Source: Alphaproteobacteria bacterium (GTDB lineage Bacteria; Pseudomonadota; Alphaproteobacteria; CAAHEQ01; UBA3637). From it: a stretch of 64,000 bases of DNA. Every line of letters starts with the position of its first letter. Position 1 is the stretch's first letter. Made by a program: the position numbers and the translations under genes. Below, one piece after another: positions 59,376 through 64,000 of this stretch. The notes beneath the pieces were generated by a model. It saw only the letters and a list, made by a program, of their open reading frames with translations, did no database searches and was not told the DNA's origin. The DNA lies in NCBI GenBank assembly GCA_045605805.1, contig JAZUQR010000027.1, positions 1-64,000 of the forward strand. The letters run 5' to 3'.

Positions 59376-62300
59376 ATGAAAAAAATTATTCTATGGACTT
59401 CAATCATATTTCTGGTTTTGGCAACATTATTTGTTTTTGTCGCCTATAAATCTTTTAATACAGAAGCCTTCAAAAATAGCATCATCAAAAACATCCAGCA
59501 AATCACTGGTCGTGAGTTTCAGGTCAATGGAAATTATTCGTTGGTCTGGCAACCCATCCCCACAATGACATTGGAAAATGTCACCCTTTCAAACATTGAA
59601 AAAGCAACCAATGAACAAATGTTAACGGCCGATAAAATACAAATACACATTGAATGGAGTTCTTTACTTTCAAGCCAAACTAAAATCAAAAATATCATTT
59701 TAACAAACCCTTCATTATCCATAGAACGCATCAGCCGATCCATCACAAATATGGACTTTCCAATTTTGTTCAAATCACAAAACAAATTGAATATGGAAGA
59801 CGATTTTTTGTTGAATCAAAATACACCAAATACCAAAGTTGAAAACATCAAGATTGAAAATGGCACAATTCAATACATCAACCATATGACAAAAGAAAAA
59901 TATCAATTACACAACATCAACGGAGATTTGGCCATGGGGGCATTGGATGGCCCGTTTAAGTTTGAAGGCAAAGCTGTTTATCAAACACTTCCGTTAAATA
60001 TCAATACTTCTTTGTCAAAAATAGAGGTCTCTCTCCCAACAATCTTTTCAACAGAAGTCACACACGAAGAATCCGGCAGTAATCTGAAAATCCAAGGAGA
60101 AACACGTTTAACTGAAAGTCAACCCCAAACAAAAACAACCATTGACATAGCATCCCAAAACCCAAACGATATTCTGGGCAAACTACAATGGCCAACGCTG
60201 GCACAAAATCAAACACCCTTGTTTGGCTATATCAACATTAGCCCAAAAGAAAAAAATACAGAAACAGAGCTTGTGTTCAAAACAGGCCCCGAAGACAAAG
60301 CCACAACATTTGATATCAAGGCCACAACACAAGGGAAAAGTCGTCAAATCAAAGCAGAAATAAACGAACTCAACTGGGAAGAATGGCAACCGATTTTCAC
60401 CAACATACCCCTGTCATCCCCCATTTTTCAAAAACAAAATGATTTTACCATAACAGTTAAAAAAGTGATATTAAATGGGCAACAAGCAAACACATTATAT
60501 CTTGTTGGCACACAATTGAATAAACAAATAAACATTTCCGAAGGCTCACTGTTCTTGGCCGGCAATACCACCACACAATTTCACGGCATTCTAAACACAA
60601 AAGGCACAAGCGGCGCAGCCGAAATAGATGTACAAACACAAAACATAAACGAACTTTTACCTGTATTAAAAGGGTCGGACAAATGGCAAATGCTGGTGTC
60701 TCCTTTCCAAAAAGCCGAAGCAAAAATAACAACAAAATGGGATGAAAAGGCAACAACAATCGCCATTCCAGCCTTAATGTTAGACGAGACAACCGGACAA
60801 TTTGAAATTAAAAAAGCCCACAATAAACCAACGGAAATTACATTAGAATTAAATAATTTGAATGTAAATAAATACCTAAACAACACAACAGATGACTCTA
60901 TTTCCTGGGAAGAAATGGAAACAAAAATAAAAAACAAATTGACAACCATTCAATTGCCACAATATCCCCTTGCCACAAACATCACAGTGAACAACCTGAC
61001 ATATAAGGACCAATTGTTTAATGCCTTAACGGCTGTCACAACAAGCGCACAAAACAATTTAGAAACCGAATTTAACTTACAAACAGCAACCGAAGAAACA
61101 TTGGTGGCCAACATAAAACTTCAAGACATTGGATCGCCAAATTGGATGTTGAATAAAGCCTTGTTTGAAATAGCAACAAACAATCCAGAAAAACTGTTCA
61201 AAAACCTGCATATTCTGCCCCCTGAAAACTTTATCAAAAACGCCACAAGTTTGCAAATGGTTGGGTCTATTACCGGACAACCAGAAAATTGGAATGGTCT
61301 TATCAACATCAAAACAAACAAACTGGCATTAAACGCCAAGGGCAAACTCATCAAGAATAGGCCACAAAATATGCACTTTGAGTTAAAGCACAACAGCTCT
61401 CCACACTTGATAGCAGCAATTTTTGAAAAAACACCTTTTCCACAAATCACAGATGCATTTGAAATCAAAACCACCCTCAACACAGACAATAATCAAATCG
61501 TATTGTCCGATTTACAATTGACGATGGATAGCCAAGAATTGTTTGGTTCAGCCATCTATAATTTAGAAACAAAAGAAACAACCTTAAACTTGAAAGCAAA
61601 TAATCTGGATATAACAAACTTCTTACCCAACTTCAACAACTTCTATAATGACGGCACAGGATTTGATAAAACAGCGTTTAATTTTGATTTTCTAAAACAA
61701 TTGAACACAAACTTCACACTGCATGCCAACACTTTAACATATCAATCAAGTTCCTTTGAAGACGCAATAATCCAAGCCACTGTTAAAAACAAAGAAATTA
61801 TGTTAAACGAATTTGCATTATTCTACCCCTCAGGAAAGGCTTCCATTCAAGCCAAAGGCACCCTTCAATTTCAAAAAACCCCAACACTAAATATGTCAAT
61901 CGTCACCCAACAAGTGCCTCTGTCCAATCAATTTACAATGTTCAAAGGTAAAGGATTAAGTGAAGGTTTTCTGTCCAGCGAATGGCATATTCAAGCTGTT
62001 GGAGACAGCTTGTTCCAAATGTCAAATGTCTTAAACGGAAGAGGAAAAATAGCCTTGTTTGAAACAACCTTGATAGGGGCAGACCTAACCAATCTGCAAA
62101 GTCTTATCCAAAAAGCCTTAAACCAAAATCAAACGCAAGAAGTGATAGAACCGCAATTAAAACAAAGCCTGATGACAGGGCGCACAATCGTTGATCAAAT
62201 AACCGGCACTTTCACAATCACAAACGGCAAGTGGCAAATGAATGATGCTGTTTTGAAAACACCAGAAAGCACCACAAAAAACATGAATATACAATGGACA

Positions 62301-63098
62301 ATTCCAACAGGAAACTTGTCCGCAAAAGGGGCGTTTATGATGAATAATTTTCCAAGCCTGCCGGCTATTGAATTTGAATTTACAAAAACGCCTCAAGAAA
62401 GCAATCTAAAAACACAAAGTGATGCCTTTGCCGAATCCATATATGCCGAATTAAAATATCATCAGCAAAAAGCATTGGAAGAAGAAAGACGCAAAAAACA
62501 AGAACAACTTGAACAAGAAAGATTAAACGCACAAAATATGGCCCAACAACAAACAAACAAGTTATCTGAACAAATTCAAAAATTGATACAAAATATCAAT
62601 GAAACACCCAATGTTCAAGCCCAAAAAAACCTGATGCAAATTCAAATGATGGAACAAAACATTCAAGTGCTTTGGCAAGATGCAACCACAACCATTCAAT
62701 ACCAATATATCACTGAACAAACACAGCAAGGACTTGATGAAATCAACAAAACCAATCAAATCCTTGTAAAACAAAGAATCAATAACATCAAAAAGCATTC
62801 GGAACAAATCCAAAACCAAGCAAATGATTATATTTTGAAGCTGAATGAAATCCATCAAAAACGCTCAACAGTTCCCTTGTTAAATGACTTGTTGCAAAAC
62901 GCCATCAATCAACAAGAAATCATTCAACGAGCCATCCAACAATTTGAAAAGCCGCTAACATTGGATCAAGTCGAAAAAGTATTTGATATCATTCAAACCG
63001 CAATTCATAAGATTCAAAAAGCAACCAACATGGCCGAAGAAATCTATACAGGCCGTCAAACAACAACCTCAAATAACATTATTCAAAAGGTTATATAA
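59376..63098 (+). CDS. AsmA-family protein with a coiled-coil C-terminal extension
   Basis: N-terminal anchor, ITGR...G...P.P...NVTL.N pattern, long beta-rich body, G.F.I.NG C-terminal AsmA segment. Confidence 0.85.
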   Translation: MKKIILWTSIIFLVLATLFVFVAYKSFNTEAFKNSIIKNIQQITGREFQVNGNYSLVWQPIPTMTLENVTLSNIEKATNEQMLTADKIQIHIEWSSLLSSQTKIKNIILTNPSLSIERISRSITNMDFPILFKSQNKLNMEDDFLLNQNTPNTKVENIKIENGTIQYINHMTKEKYQLHNINGDLAMGALDGPFKFEGKAVYQTLPLNINTSLSKIEVSLPTIFSTEVTHEESGSNLKIQGETRLTESQPQTKTTIDIASQNPNDILGKLQWPTLAQNQTPLFGYINISPKEKNTETELVFKTGPEDKATTFDIKATTQGKSRQIKAEINELNWEEWQPIFTNIPLSSPIFQKQNDFTITVKKVILNGQQANTLYLVGTQLNKQINISEGSLFLAGNTTTQFHGILNTKGTSGAAEIDVQTQNINELLPVLKGSDKWQMLVSPFQKAEAKITTKWDEKATTIAIPALMLDETTGQFEIKKAHNKPTEITLELNNLNVNKYLNNTTDDSISWEEMETKIKNKLTTIQLPQYPLATNITVNNLTYKDQLFNALTAVTTSAQNNLETEFNLQTATEETLVANIKLQDIGSPNWMLNKALFEIATNNPEKLFKNLHILPPENFIKNATSLQMVGSITGQPENWNGLINIKTNKLALNAKGKLIKNRPQNMHFELKHNSSPHLIAAIFEKTPFPQITDAFEIKTTLNTDNNQIVLSDLQLTMDSQELFGSAIYNLETKETTLNLKANNLDITNFLPNFNNFYNDGTGFDKTAFNFDFLKQLNTNFTLHANTLTYQSSSFEDAIIQATVKNKEIMLNEFALFYPSGKASIQAKGTLQFQKTPTLNMSIVTQQVPLSNQFTMFKGKGLSEGFLSSEWHIQAVGDSLFQMSNVLNGRGKIALFETTLIGADLTNLQSLIQKALNQNQTQEVIEPQLKQSLMTGRTIVDQITGTFTITNGKWQMNDAVLKTPESTTKNMNIQWTIPTGNLSAKGAFMMNNFPSLPAIEFEFTKTPQESNLKTQSDAFAESIYAELKYHQQKALEEERRKKQEQLEQERLNAQNMAQQQTNKLSEQIQKLIQNINETPNVQAQKNLMQIQMMEQNIQVLWQDATTTIQYQYITEQTQQGLDEINKTNQILVKQRINNIKKHSEQIQNQANDYILKLNEIHQKRSTVPLLNDLLQNAINQQEIIQRAIQQFEKPLTLDQVEKVFDIIQTAIHKIQKATNMAEEIYTGRQTTTSNNIIQKVI

Positions 63099-64000
63099 TG
63101 AAAAAAGATATGTTATTATGTGGCGATTCTTTGAAAATAATGGCCACCTTGCCCAGCGAAAGTGTGGATATGATTTTTGCCGACCCGCCTTATTTTATGC
63201 AACTGCATAAAGAATTGGTCCGCCCTGATGCCACCGCCGTAGCAGCCGTCAACGATGAATGGGATAAGTTTCAAGATTTCAAAGCATATGATTCATTCAC
63301 ACAAGAATGGCTGGCCCAAGCCTTCCGAGTGTTAAAAAAAACAGGCACTTTGTGGGTCATCGGCTCTTATCACAACATCTTTCGTGTGGGCTATCATTTG
63401 CAAAATCAAGGTTTTTGGATTTTGAATGACATCATCTGGCGCAAAACAAACCCCATGCCCAACTTCAAAGGAACACGCTTTACAAACGCCCACGAAACAT
63501 TGATTTGGTGTACCAAAGCTCCCCAAACAAAATATACCTTTAACTATGAAAGTATGAAAGCTTTTAATGATGAACTACAAATGCGATCCGATTGGCTGAT
63601 TCCCGTTTGTCACAGCCCCGAACGCCTTAAAAACAGCAAGGGGAAAACCCTTCATTCCACCCAAAAACCGGAAGAGTTGCTCTATCGCATTATTTTATCC
63701 TGTACCCAAAAAAACGATTTAGTTTTAGACCCCTTTGTCGGATCTGGAACAACCGCAGCCGTTGCCAAAAAATTGGGGCGTCACTATATCGGCATTGAAC
63801 AAGATAAAACTTACATCAACTATGCCCAAAAACGCTTAGATTCTGTGGATAAAATTAAATCTGCTTATTTGCCCCAACTGACCAAAGAAAAGCCCGCACA
63901 AATTGCTTTTGGAGATTTGGTGGCAGCTAACATCATACCGGCCGGTACAAGTTTATATGACAAAAACGGTAAAAACAAAGTTTCGGTGTGTTCAGACGGC
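63098..64000 (+). CDS. ccrM: Cell-cycle-regulated adenine DNA methyltransferase CcrM (3' end beyond the window edge)
   Basis: Manual translation: FADPPY, VNDEWDKF, WVIGSYHNIFRVG, NPMPNFKGTRFTNAHETLIW, HSTQKPE, LDPFVGSGTT; TAATG overlap with asmA. Confidence 0.92.
   Translation, partial: MKKDMLLCGDSLKIMATLPSESVDMIFADPPYFMQLHKELVRPDATAVAAVNDEWDKFQDFKAYDSFTQEWLAQAFRVLKKTGTLWVIGSYHNIFRVGYHLQNQGFWILNDIIWRKTNPMPNFKGTRFTNAHETLIWCTKAPQTKYTFNYESMKAFNDELQMRSDWLIPVCHSPERLKNSKGKTLHSTQKPEELLYRIILSCTQKNDLVLDPFVGSGTTAAVAKKLGRHYIGIEQDKTYINYAQKRLDSVDKIKSAYLPQLTKEKPAQIAFGDLVAANIIPAGTSLYDKNGKNKVSVCSDG

Noticed and set aside
63098-64000. Methyltransferase as part of a restriction-modification or defence system
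   Set aside because: Sequence carries CcrM-specific motifs and no endonuclease gene is seen upstream; downstream context is outside the window.

Overview
Chromosomal window from a low-GC alphaproteobacterium (ChpT, CcrM, RHH_4, alpha-type tpiA-secG-kdsA-eno order). A host-associated lineage is inferred, not shown. Most of it is housekeeping: def-fmt-truA, rluD, secA, sodB, an OmpR/EnvZ pair, eno/kdsA/secG/tpiA, comEC, recX, UDG4, type-2 ileS, dnaE, lolCD, uvrD, tcdA, trkH, asmA, ccrM, and tRNA-Gly(GCC) and tRNA-Leu(GAG). Unusual elements: (i) the end of a tRNA-targeted island (positions 1 to ~2075) carrying paralogous secreted-protein genes, each preceded by a near-identical 51-bp leaderless promoter; (ii) a tandem pair of ankyrin-subtilase-beta-barrel proteins, one catalytically intact and one apparently dead; (iii) an orphan truncated FliF-FliG fusion next to a P-loop-less FlhG; (iv) a chromosomal R64/BFP/TCP-type type IVb pilus assembly operon with no type IV pilin gene but a divergent VirB2/TrbC-like pilin; (v) full-length SucC/SucD homologues with degenerate catalytic motifs, coupled to chpT; (vi) several orphan proteins with basic C-terminal tails suggestive of T4SS substrates. 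No rRNA, CRISPR array, transposase or integrase gene was seen. All assignments come from motif recognition by eye, and no searches were run.
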